DNA of 64,000 bases from positions 1 through 64,000 of the IMG/VR virus record IMGVR_UViG_3300021088_000005. The stretch is one strand, 5' to 3'. Position 1 is the stretch's first letter. Each line of letters opens with the position of its first letter. Below the pieces are notes generated by a model. It worked only from the letters and a program-made list of their open reading frames with translations, was not told the origin of the DNA and did no database searches. The stretch comes from a virus. Below, in pieces: positions 1 through 9,355 of the stretch. The translations under genes were made by a program, and so were the position numbers.

Positions 1-541
1 TGGCGGATATCGTTGACTTGGTGAAGTAACGACAACTTATAACAATCAAGTTAAGAAGTTTCCGGCAGTCCGATTTGTCTGGATTCTCAACGTGAACGGT
101 AAAGATGGAAAGCCTCTTCAGGTGCAACAGCGCTTCAATGTCACCAGCTTGCATGAGAAGAGTAATGTGTACAAGGTGTTAAAGCAGATTCTAGGTGCTC
201 CCCCGGCCCAGAACCTGGACATCGAAACCCTGATCGGTCAGACCAGGTTGCTCTGGATTAACCGAGAGAAGAGTGCTGACGGAACCAAGGACTTCGCAAA
301 CATTATGGGTATTTTGCCAGCTATTCATAATGGCCAGCCTATGTCACTTCCAATCCCGGCTGATTACATCCGGGTTAAGAATCGCCCGGTAACCACGGCA
401 GGCCCTAATGGACAGCCTGTGCAGACCTACGCGACCCCTCAGGCCGCGCAAGCTTCGGCACAGTACAATCCTCCGGTGTCTATGCCAACACAGCAGTCTA
501 ACGTCCCGCCTGCATTCCAGGGAGCAGACATTAAGTTCTAA
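1..541 (+). CDS. Phage replication/SSB-like protein (resembles NGO0469 family), 5'-truncated, apparent 1-nt frameshift near nt 20
   Basis: Frame 3 reads ADIVDL, frame 2 continues GEVTTTYNNQVKKFPAVRFVWILN...DGKPLQV..RF..SLHEKS; this pattern fits the family; P/Q-rich tail ending DIKF. Confidence 0.55.
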
Positions 542-604
542 CACTTCGGAAAGCCGCGACTAGGCTTGGCGGCGGGAGAGACCGCACACTAAAATGGAGC
601 GACC

Positions 605-2647
605 GTGGGATTATTCAAACAAATAGCAGAACCTTTGATCGAACGCGGCGTTCCTGTTATTCCGCTTCGACCCAAGACAAAGATCGCCTTCCTAAATAAC
701 TGGCCGGACTCCGCCACGACTGATCCTGTTAAGATAGAACAATGGGATCGGGAGTACTCCGATGCTAACGCAGCCTGCGTTGCATTCGCGAAGCCCGACG
801 GGGTTTGGTTTTTCGAAATAGACCGACCAGGATTCCTAGATATCATCGAAAAAGAAACCGGGCACAAGATGCCCATGACGTTCATGGTGCGCAGTCGCCC
901 TGGCCGGGGACACTTCTATTTTAAGCACACCGATAAGAGCATTGCTATGGGCAACGCTCAAGCGAAGGATAGCCAGGGTGAGCTATGGTCAGCGAGAGCG
1001 GACAACCGCTATGTCGTGGCACCGGGCAGCTTCCATCCAGATACAGGGCGTCAGTACGAAATCATACGCAATATTCCGATAGCGGATGCACCGGACTGGC
1101 TTGTTCAGTGGTGCTTATCTCACAAGACCGAAGACAAGAAGGCTCCTACAACTGCGTCTGTTGACGGAGCGAAGATTCCACGTGGTGCCCACGACACAAC
1201 CTTAACCAGCATTGCGGGAAAGCTGCGTCAAGACGGATTGGAAGAAGAGTCCATATACAATGCCATAGTCGAAGTGTGCGAGAAACGCTGCGAGAACTAT
1301 GGTCCGGACTATCGGGACATGTGCCGTAAGATCGCTAAGAGTGTTAGCCGCTATAAGATCGCGGAGTCAGCACCGCCTGTTATTATGGGCGGGGTTCCGC
1401 TAGGCCAGCCACAACCGCAGACGATTGTCGAAGTCCCGGCGCTGCCAACTTTGGAGTATCCTGAGTTTCCTTCATGGATATTCAAGGGATGCCATGTCTA
1501 TGACAACTACATCAAACAGGTCTGCGAGCAAAATTCTCGCTACCCTGAAATGATGTTCATTCCGGCGCTAGCGATTAATCTCAACTATCTAGGCACTAAG
1601 TGTCATCTAGCCGGGATAGGTAAGATAAACGGAGCAATGATAAACATTATCGGTAAAGCTGGCAGGGTGATGAAGTCTACGTCCGTCCAGGACATGTTTG
1701 AGTATTACAGGTTCATGGGCGTGCTAGATATTCACGGCGGCGCGATAAGAATGGCTGAGGGTAAGTCAACAGTCTGGACAGCAGGCTCGACTGAGGGAGT
1801 CGGAGTCAGCGCGATGAAATCAAGGTGCAACAACATTATTTTGTACTATGATGAATTGAAGACCTTATCTGACAAAGCTGGAATCGAAGGCAGTAGCATG
1901 GGCGGACACATAATGACCATTCTACAGTCCGGGTTATTTGCCAACGAAACTAAATCAGCCAAGGGTAACTTTAGTTTCGACCCAGGCAGCTATACTGCGT
2001 CGATAATCACATGCTGCACTAATCAGATGTTTGCCCGTTACTGGTCTAAGCTGATCGCATTCTCAAACGGTTTGGAAGATCGTGCGACTCTGATTTTGCA
2101 GCCGAAGGTGTTGAAGGATATTACTCCGCGTGTCTATGTTCCGCCGACACCGGAAGCTATCGCTGAGGAAAAGCGCTTGCTTAATAAGGCTGTCGAGCAG
2201 AAGTCATTCCCGGTTGAGGACGATGGCCAGATAGATTTATTCACGTTCAAATACGGCAACCGACCCGAGGCAAGAGTTAGAGAGTGGGCGCTAGCGTTTG
2301 CTGTTCAAATGGGTAAGAGTGTTGTGGACTCCGGATGTATCGAACGTGGCATAGCTCTAGAGACCTACAACATTCAGGTTAAGAAGTTTCTAAATGTGCG
2401 TGAGGCTGAGACCCGCGAAGCGGTTATTCAGAACCACATCATACAACTGCTGATGCAGAACGAAGGGGTTATCCCTATGCGTGATTTGAATAGGCGCATG
2501 CATCCGGATAGGTACGGCACCGCGCTGTGGTATAGCTGCTATGCCGGACTCATCAAGAGCGGCTGGACCGCAGAAGTCGGTACAGGTGTTCCTGGCGACC
2601 CGAAGCGATTGGTACTACTACAAGTTCCAGAGAGTGAGGACGAATAA
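605..2647 (+). CDS. Bifunctional DNA primase/polymerase (Prim-Pol) with PriCT-like region and degenerate C-terminal ATPase/helicase-like domain
   Basis: N-terminal VIPLRPKTK...ATTDP...GRGHFYF...YVVAPGSFHP; IPRGAHDTTLTSIAGKLR; later GKAGRVMKST and ILYYDE. Confidence 0.8.
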   Translation: MGLFKQIAEPLIERGVPVIPLRPKTKIAFLNNWPDSATTDPVKIEQWDREYSDANAACVAFAKPDGVWFFEIDRPGFLDIIEKETGHKMPMTFMVRSRPGRGHFYFKHTDKSIAMGNAQAKDSQGELWSARADNRYVVAPGSFHPDTGRQYEIIRNIPIADAPDWLVQWCLSHKTEDKKAPTTASVDGAKIPRGAHDTTLTSIAGKLRQDGLEEESIYNAIVEVCEKRCENYGPDYRDMCRKIAKSVSRYKIAESAPPVIMGGVPLGQPQPQTIVEVPALPTLEYPEFPSWIFKGCHVYDNYIKQVCEQNSRYPEMMFIPALAINLNYLGTKCHLAGIGKINGAMINIIGKAGRVMKSTSVQDMFEYYRFMGVLDIHGGAIRMAEGKSTVWTAGSTEGVGVSAMKSRCNNIILYYDELKTLSDKAGIEGSSMGGHIMTILQSGLFANETKSAKGNFSFDPGSYTASIITCCTNQMFARYWSKLIAFSNGLEDRATLILQPKVLKDITPRVYVPPTPEAIAEEKRLLNKAVEQKSFPVEDDGQIDLFTFKYGNRPEARVREWALAFAVQMGKSVVDSGCIERGIALETYNIQVKKFLNVREAETREAVIQNHIIQLLMQNEGVIPMRDLNRRMHPDRYGTALWYSCYAGLIKSGWTAEVGTGVPGDPKRLVLLQVPESEDE

Positions 2648-2806
2648 TGTGCGGAGATATTAAGAAAGAAGAGGGTAAAGAGTACTCACCGTGCGGATGC
2701 GAGATCATACGCGGCGTGAAGTTCGTTGGAGGGGAATTAGACGGACTATATTGCACCGTATTGGTCTATCCAAAAGAACTACCAGCTAATTTGAAAGAGG
2801 GCGAGA

Positions 2807-3466
2807 ATGAAGATCATAGAGCCTAGAGCGGAAATAGTTCACCCAGGGCCAGAAGACGGAATCGGTCAGCTTCAGTTTATTGAGACCATGGCTAGGATAA
2901 GCCACAGATCAGAGGACAAGCAGACCTCAGATAGCTGGAAGACGTTCATTCCGGCAGTCGTGATGCAGCACGGAGACTGGTCCGTAGTCGAGCACGAATC
3001 AGCGACAGTGTTATTTCGGGTTGACCGTGGAGTGACCCATGAGCTAGTCCGGCACCGCTTGTTCAGCTTCACCCAGGAGTCAACCCGTTTTGTTCGCTAT
3101 GGAGCCAGGCATCAGTTTGAGTTTATACAGCCTGATGGAATCGAGACTGATTTTCAATCCTTAGAGTTGTTTAAGGTACACTGCAATAATAGTGAAAGTA
3201 TTTATAACACTTTGTTAGCTCGTGGGGGTCGCCCGCAAGAGGCACGTGCGGTTCTGCCAAATGCTTTAGCAGCGACAATCGCAGTTACGGGAAATTTGAG
3301 GAATTGGCGTCACTTTTTGTTAATGCGAACGTCTAAAGAGACTCACCCAGATTTCAAACGAGTGACAATTCCGTTGCTAGCAGAGTTTAAGAAGAGGATT
3401 CCGATTTTGTATGATGATATCGAGCCGGAACAACGGCAGATAGAAAACCTGAGGAAGCCAAGATGA
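2807..3466 (+). CDS. thyX: FAD-dependent thymidylate synthase
   Basis: ThyX motif HELVRHRLFSFTQESTRF; EARAVLPN; NLRNWRHFL. Confidence 0.95.
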   Translation: MKIIEPRAEIVHPGPEDGIGQLQFIETMARISHRSEDKQTSDSWKTFIPAVVMQHGDWSVVEHESATVLFRVDRGVTHELVRHRLFSFTQESTRFVRYGARHQFEFIQPDGIETDFQSLELFKVHCNNSESIYNTLLARGGRPQEARAVLPNALAATIAVTGNLRNWRHFLLMRTSKETHPDFKRVTIPLLAEFKKRIPILYDDIEPEQRQIENLRKPR

Positions 3467-3605
3467 TTAAAAAGATTATTTGTTTCTTTTTAGGGCACAA
3501 GGACAATGTGTGGGATGCTCACTACTACCCGCAAGATAACCCCACATTCGTAGTTGTGTATTCTTATCAGTGTGAACGGTGCAGCCGAAGAAGAGAGTAC
3601 GAAAG

Positions 3606-4049
3606 ATGATTAAATCAATCTACATTATAGGCTCACTGCGCAATCCAGAGATTCCGAAGTTTGCGAACGAGCTACAATCTCAAGGTTTCGAAGCATTCGC
3701 GGACTGGTATCAGCCTGGGCCGGAAGCGGATGATTTCTGGCGTAACTATTCGAAGGAACGTGGACTTACCTACAAGCAAGCCTTGGACAGTTACGGGGCT
3801 AAGCAGATATTCGACTTCGATAAGTACCATCTGGATCGATGCGATGCGGCAGTCATGTTGATGCCAGCGGGGAAGTCCGGGCACCTAGAGCTAGGATATA
3901 CAATCGGTAAAGGAAAACCGGGCTATATCCTGTTCGACCAGGAGCCTGAACGGTACGACGTGATGGTTCAGTTTGCAACCAGGGTATTCTTTAACAAGGA
4001 AGACCTATTCTACGAATTGAAAGAGGTTCAAAACAATGGCAAAGTATAA
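3606..4049 (+). CDS. Nucleoside 2-deoxyribosyltransferase-like protein
   Basis: IYIIGSLRN...FDKYHLDRCDAAVML...GKSGHLELGYTIGKGKP pattern. Confidence 0.7.
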   Translation: MIKSIYIIGSLRNPEIPKFANELQSQGFEAFADWYQPGPEADDFWRNYSKERGLTYKQALDSYGAKQIFDFDKYHLDRCDAAVMLMPAGKSGHLELGYTIGKGKPGYILFDQEPERYDVMVQFATRVFFNKEDLFYELKEVQNNGKV

Positions 4050-4419
4050 AATTAAGATCGACCGAGCAGCGGTATTGAACGAGCTAGCTAAGGAAGTCCA
4101 TACAGCAAACAAGAAGTGGTGGATTAACCCGGCTACAGGCGACCCCATCGAACGCAACCGGGCAGAGATGCTGATGCTTATTGTGTCAGAGATAGCCGAG
4201 GCTATGGAAGGCGAGCGCAAGAACCTGATGGACGATAAGCTTCCTCACCGTCCTATGGCGGAAGTTGAGCTAGCGGACGCAGTAATCCGCATATTCGACT
4301 ATGCTAGCGGATTAGGGTACGACTTGGGTGGAGCGTATGTTGAGAAAATGGCGTACAACGCGGTGCGCAAAGACCATACAGCAGCCGAGAGACTTAAGCC
4401 TAACGGGAAGAAATTCTAA
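4036..4419 (+). CDS. MazG-like nucleotide pyrophosphohydrolase
   Basis: SEIAEAMEGERK...EVELADAVIRIFD acidic helical motif. Confidence 0.75.
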   Translation: MAKYKIKIDRAAVLNELAKEVHTANKKWWINPATGDPIERNRAEMLMLIVSEIAEAMEGERKNLMDDKLPHRPMAEVELADAVIRIFDYASGLGYDLGGAYVEKMAYNAVRKDHTAAERLKPNGKKF

Positions 4420-4600
4420 TGAACATCAATCACGTAATCATACCTATGGGTCCTAGTGTTGCCGACCCTTCGGGTGTAATTAAGTTGGTTCTAATAGAAA
4501 CAGACGGAACATGTCATACCATCGGTAGCTTCGGGTGGCGGTGTTGGTGGAGATCATTCTTAGTTTGGGCGATACGTCGCCACGTGAGGAAAATTACCAG

Positions 4601-6790
4601 ATGATTCTAGTACTCGACTTCGAAACCAGGTCAGAGACAGAGATTAGAGATGTTGGGCTGTACAACTACGCCACACATCCTAGCACTCGTGCGCTTTTTC
4701 TCGCTTGGCGGATAGTCGATAACCTAGGAGATAAGACCCCGTTCGAAGTGTGGGATTTACGTCCAGGAGTTAACTACTCCCATGCAGAACAAATGCCCAA
4801 CAAACTTTGGGAAGCTATTCATGACCCGACAGTAGATATTATCGCATTCAACTCCGCATTCGAGCGATATATATTCAAATACATCCTAGGAATTGACATC
4901 CCTGCCGAGCGATTCCAGGACCCGCAAGCTAGTGGCAGGTATTTGTCTTTGCCTGCGAACCTGGAAGATGTCGGTATGGTACTCGGTCTGCCGTACGAGA
5001 TGCGCAAGGATAAGCGTGGTAAGGAATTGATGGAGCTATTCTCATTCCCGAAGACTCGCAAGAAAAAGGACGGCGGCGGAATCTATTTTAACGACTGGAA
5101 TTCACACCCTAAAGAGTGGGAAGAGTACAAAGAGTACTGTAAGCAGGATTGTGTCGCAGAGCAGGAAATAGCTCGCCGGGAAGCTCTCCTAGGTGCGTTC
5201 CCGTTGCCGGAGCGGGAGCGCAGGATATGGCTTTTCGACCAAAAAGTCAACGACCGAGGTATGCCTACAGACCGACGCTTCGTGCAAAATCTATTCGGAA
5301 TCGCAGATCGCAGCAAGCAAGAGAAGCTGGAGTGGCAGAACCTCAAAACCGGGCTAGACAACGCTAACTCTACTAAACAGCTAATGCCGTGGGTTCAGGA
5401 GCGCGGATACACCCTGAATAACATGCGTAAGCAGAATATTGAGTTAGTCTTGAAAGACCCGGAAGTCAAGTTGACCGAGGAATGCCGCGATGTTCTTACA
5501 GCGCGTTTGGAAGCTAGTTCTACTAGCTATAAGAAGCTTGAGTCAATCCTACAAAACATTGGCGATGATAATCGCTTGCACAATCAGTTCATTTTCATGG
5601 GTAGCTCTAGGTGTGGGCGCTGGTCCGGAAATGCTGTACAGCTTCATAACATGGCCCGCCCGGATGGTACATTCGAGGATTTGGAAAATGTAACCAAGGC
5701 GCGTGATTTTGTCTATCGAAATGATTATGATGGATTGAAGATCGCGTTCAAGACCAAGACCGGATATTATTCCCCGTTAATCATTGCGAAGAACCTAATC
5801 CGCACTGTGTTCGTCGCGCCACCAGGAAAGCGCTTCAACGTATGCGACCTGAACGCCATAGAAACCAGAGTAGGCGCATGGTTCGCAGGCTGCGAGCCAT
5901 TGCTGAGCGTATTCAGGCTGAACAGAGACCCGTACCTGGACTTTGCTTCAAAGATGTACGGCATCCCTTACGATAAGCTATGGGCCGACTACAAGGGTAA
6001 GAACGGCAAAGAAGCGCAAATCGCCGCTAAGAGAATGCGCCAGGTCGCGAAGCCTGGTGTGCTAGGCGCTATCTATCGTCTAAGTGGCGGCGGATGGGGC
6101 CGAGACAAGAATGGCGATCTAATCAAGACCGGGTTGTGGGGCTACTCCGAAGCAATGGGAGTGGACATGACCATGGAACAGGCTCACGAAGTTGTGAAGA
6201 TTTTCCGTGAAGCCTATAAGGAAATTCCCGAGACCTGGGTTGCTCTCGAAAACGCAATCATGGAAGTTCTACAAGGCGAGCGTACAATCCGTAAGATTGG
6301 ACCGGAAGGCTGCATCAAGATTGACAAGCTGACCATAGAGGAACGCAAACCGATTCTGAGGATTCAGCTTCCTAGTGGGCGCTACCTTCACTATATGGAC
6401 GCGGCAGTTGAGACTGTCAAGATGCCGTGGAAGCGCACGAATCCTGAAACAGGTGAGCAGGAAGATGTCTACCGTCCAGGATTCACGTATTACGGGCTGA
6501 ACCAAGACACTAAACAGTGGGAACTCGTAGTAAGCCATGGCGGAAAGATATTCGAGAATATCGTTCAGGCGATTGCTCGCGACGTTTTGGCTGAGAAATT
6601 GCTAGAGTTCGAAGACATGGGCTTAGAAACCGTCGGACATGTCCACGACGAGGGTATCTGTTTGTCCATAGACGATCCGTTCGCTCCTGGGGTTATAGAG
6701 ATGGTCGCTTGCATGTCTCGCCCGGTGTATTGGGCGCAGACCCTGCCTTTAGGGGCAGACGGCTTCGAGGACTACGTATATCATAAGTAA
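4601..6790 (+). CDS. polA: Family A DNA polymerase with 3'-5' exonuclease
   Basis: Exo motifs LDFET, FNSAFE, YCKQD; motif A DLNAIETRV, motif B RQVAKPGVLGAIY, motif C HVHDE. Confidence 0.95.
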   Translation: MILVLDFETRSETEIRDVGLYNYATHPSTRALFLAWRIVDNLGDKTPFEVWDLRPGVNYSHAEQMPNKLWEAIHDPTVDIIAFNSAFERYIFKYILGIDIPAERFQDPQASGRYLSLPANLEDVGMVLGLPYEMRKDKRGKELMELFSFPKTRKKKDGGGIYFNDWNSHPKEWEEYKEYCKQDCVAEQEIARREALLGAFPLPERERRIWLFDQKVNDRGMPTDRRFVQNLFGIADRSKQEKLEWQNLKTGLDNANSTKQLMPWVQERGYTLNNMRKQNIELVLKDPEVKLTEECRDVLTARLEASSTSYKKLESILQNIGDDNRLHNQFIFMGSSRCGRWSGNAVQLHNMARPDGTFEDLENVTKARDFVYRNDYDGLKIAFKTKTGYYSPLIIAKNLIRTVFVAPPGKRFNVCDLNAIETRVGAWFAGCEPLLSVFRLNRDPYLDFASKMYGIPYDKLWADYKGKNGKEAQIAAKRMRQVAKPGVLGAIYRLSGGGWGRDKNGDLIKTGLWGYSEAMGVDMTMEQAHEVVKIFREAYKEIPETWVALENAIMEVLQGERTIRKIGPEGCIKIDKLTIEERKPILRIQLPSGRYLHYMDAAVETVKMPWKRTNPETGEQEDVYRPGFTYYGLNQDTKQWELVVSHGGKIFENIVQAIARDVLAEKLLEFEDMGLETVGHVHDEGICLSIDDPFAPGVIEMVACMSRPVYWAQTLPLGADGFEDYVYHK

Positions 6791-6815
6791 GGACTTAAAA
6801 TCTTGAAAATAGGGC

Positions 6816-6844
6816 TTGACAAAAATCGAAAGTAATGGTATTAT
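6816..6844 (+). promoter_or_regulatory. Sigma70-type promoter
   Basis: TTGACA-17 nt-TATTAT with extended -10 TG, intergenic. Confidence 0.8.
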
Positions 6845-6862
6845 TGTACTAGGGAGAAACTA

Positions 6863-8017
6863 ATGTCAGAAAACTTTTTACCGATGTATGACCTTGAGTC
6901 GTTGACCGAGCCTCAGCGCCAGGAATACCTCAGGGCAGTTTGCAAGCACTTGGGCGTGCCGGACAACCTGAATCTAATCGCATTGACCTATGTTGACGAG
7001 ACCGACGGTCCGGCTAGGCTTGTGGCGTACGCTAAGCGTGGCGCTACTGAAGCGGTCCGCAATAATCTACAGATCGACGTGACCTCGCTGACAAACCAAA
7101 TGATCGGCGGGAGTATCGTATTCACCGCGACCGCGAAGTCTAAGGTTACCGGACGCCAAGAGGTCGCCACAGGATCGAAGTGGATTGACGGTTTACAGGG
7201 GGCGCAACTCGATGATGCCATTATGACCGCAAGCACCCGGTCACTACGTCGCGTCACCTTGCAGTTTATGGGCGCTGGCGTGCTGGATGAATCCGAAGTG
7301 AGCCAACGCAAGACTATCCATGTCCAGTCGGCACCGCAGGTAGTTCCGCCGCAGCCGACTGTTCAGCCGAGCAGCGCACCGGGCAAGGATGTCACCGAAA
7401 CAATTAAACTTCCGATTGCTGTAGAATTTGAAAGCGGAAAAGTCTGGAACAACCAGGAAGAGTTTGAGGCAGCAAAGGCTAAGATTCGCGCCGATGCTAT
7501 CGCGCAGTTGAACGCAAAAGCGAAAGCAGAATCAGGACCTGTTGAAGATACAGCGGTCAAAGAAGTCGTAAAGAAGCCGCGTAAACCACGCGGACCTAAC
7601 AAGGCGAAGGTTGACCTAGGTCCTTCAGTGCCGCCGCAACCGGACATTCCGGCAGCGGTTGTAGCTACAACACCAGCGCCTGCACCAGTTGTCGAGCAAC
7701 CGAAACCAGACATTTCAGCGGCACCGCCAGCCCAGGCTCAGCCGAAGCTGACCAAACAACAACTTCAACCTTTCCGCCAACGCAATTTTGCGATGATGGA
7801 AATCTTGGAGAAGGAAGGCAAGTTCCTTCAAAGCGAAGGTCGGGGTAGGTCAGATAAGATGCGTATGCTGGCGCAGCTTATGTTCCCGGAGATCGACAAC
7901 ATGAATCAGCTTGATGAAGTGCAGTGGGAAAGATTCCTATCTACCATCGAGAACAAGATCAAGACAGACGGACCGATAGCAGCAGTACAATACATCGAAG
8001 AATCAATCAACTTGTAG
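6863..8017 (+). CDS. Putative single-strand annealing (RecT/Bet-like) protein with P/A/K-rich linker
   Basis: DLESLTEPQRQEYLRAVCKHLG...LVAYAKRGATEAVR...AIMTASTRSLRR resembles phage annealing-protein N-domains; lies near helicase and nuclease. Confidence 0.5.
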   Translation: MSENFLPMYDLESLTEPQRQEYLRAVCKHLGVPDNLNLIALTYVDETDGPARLVAYAKRGATEAVRNNLQIDVTSLTNQMIGGSIVFTATAKSKVTGRQEVATGSKWIDGLQGAQLDDAIMTASTRSLRRVTLQFMGAGVLDESEVSQRKTIHVQSAPQVVPPQPTVQPSSAPGKDVTETIKLPIAVEFESGKVWNNQEEFEAAKAKIRADAIAQLNAKAKAESGPVEDTAVKEVVKKPRKPRGPNKAKVDLGPSVPPQPDIPAAVVATTPAPAPVVEQPKPDISAAPPAQAQPKLTKQQLQPFRQRNFAMMEILEKEGKFLQSEGRGRSDKMRMLAQLMFPEIDNMNQLDEVQWERFLSTIENKIKTDGPIAAVQYIEESINL

Positions 8018-8126
8018 GAGGCACGATGGCGGCATTCACAGTAATAGGGGTCGTAGTAGTTATTCTTCTAGCTGCATTAGGGCTAGGCACGATTATAGAC
8101 AAGTGCTTTTTCACATAGGAGGAACC

Positions 8127-8828
8127 ATGAAGAAATTAATTTTTGCGGTAGCATTAGCAGTAGCAATGATGTTCCCGGTACACGTTCACGCGCAAATGAG
8201 AGAGTTTGTCGGAGCGTCCGGAGTAGCAGCGTTCGATAACTACAGCGCCGGGATAACAGCCGGGGTTGAGTATCCTTTCCTAAAGCACTTCGAATTGGAC
8301 TTGAAAGATACCTTCAGTCCGATCACAGAGCACGTAGCTCTAGGTACCGGGCGTGCGAATAGCACAGCCGCAGGTGGGTTTGTTTGGCTAAGCAAATCTC
8401 TAGGCATTCACGGCGAAGCAACTGACTCGATGTATGACGTGACCAAGGTGTCGAAAGATGCTAACTACGCGTACGGTGGGTTAGGCTATCGCGTCACCCT
8501 AGGTGGGTTGCAGTCCAGGTTCACATTCGACTACATCCAACAGTTCAACAACGGTATCGCGCCTAACGGGGTCGAGACTTCGCATTTGAAGGGCGGAGAC
8601 GCCGGGGTAACAGTCGTACTAGGGTGTCCTAAGAGCATGTGTGTTCGCTTGACAGAAGATTTGGTATTCGGTCGTGTACTGACCCAAGGCAACCCGCAAT
8701 GCGACGGAACATTCGGAGTCACAGGTGGCAATGGTCCTAACGGATCATGCCCACGCGGTTCAGCGTTAAGCGGCGGAACCGAAGGGTCAATCCAGTTCGT
8801 ATTCGGCAAGGGCCGAGCAGGGTTTTAA
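8127..8828 (+). CDS. Secreted protein, probable outer-membrane beta-barrel
   Basis: Signal peptide MKKLIFAVALAVAMMFPVHVHA; alternating amphipathic strands (AGVEYPF, GGLGYRV, SIQFVFG); SD AGGAGG. Confidence 0.6.
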   Translation: MKKLIFAVALAVAMMFPVHVHAQMREFVGASGVAAFDNYSAGITAGVEYPFLKHFELDLKDTFSPITEHVALGTGRANSTAAGGFVWLSKSLGIHGEATDSMYDVTKVSKDANYAYGGLGYRVTLGGLQSRFTFDYIQQFNNGIAPNGVETSHLKGGDAGVTVVLGCPKSMCVRLTEDLVFGRVLTQGNPQCDGTFGVTGGNGPNGSCPRGSALSGGTEGSIQFVFGKGRAGF

Positions 8829-9355
8829 TGAAATGTGCTCGCTGTAAGAAGCCGAAGCCGCCTGTTGCGTTCTGCATAGATCGTGGCAGGCGGAACGGCA
8901 GAAATTGTTGGTGCAAGAAGTGTTGTAGGAAATACGCTCAAGATCACAGAGAAAAGTATCTTCCGGGAAAAAGGAAATCAGGTCGTGAGCGCCACAGAAA
9001 ACTTAGATTTGAAGTGCTTAGTCACTATAGTAGAGGAAAGCCAAGATGCGCGTGTTGTGGAATTGGCATCCTTGAATTTCTAGGCATAGATCACATCAAT
9101 GGCGGCGGTGTTCAGCATAAACGACTCGTTCGTCATGTCTATATGTGGCTACGAAAGAATAATTTTCCAAAGGGTTTTAGGGTTTTGTGCCACAACTGTA
9201 ATCAATCACTAGGAGCATACGGGTATTGTCCACATGATGCTAAACGGAGAACAGAGAGCGGTCGTAGAGGCTATCGACGGAGTGTGGGTCGTAATCAGCG
9301 GTCCGGGAAGCGGAAAAACAACATGCATGGTAGAACGATTCCTAGGGATGATTAG
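8828..9355 (+). CDS. HNH endonuclease with Zn-finger N-terminus
   Basis: CARC...CKKC, CACC...IDHINGGG...VLCHNCN; 3' end overlaps the helicase by 122 nt. Confidence 0.8.
   Translation: MKCARCKKPKPPVAFCIDRGRRNGRNCWCKKCCRKYAQDHREKYLPGKRKSGRERHRKLRFEVLSHYSRGKPRCACCGIGILEFLGIDHINGGGVQHKRLVRHVYMWLRKNNFPKGFRVLCHNCNQSLGAYGYCPHDAKRRTESGRRGYRRSVGRNQRSGKRKNNMHGRTIPRDD

Noticed and set aside
2807-6790. Z-base or 7-deazaguanine DNA modification system
   Set aside because: No PurZ, DpdA or Que/FolE homologs recognised.
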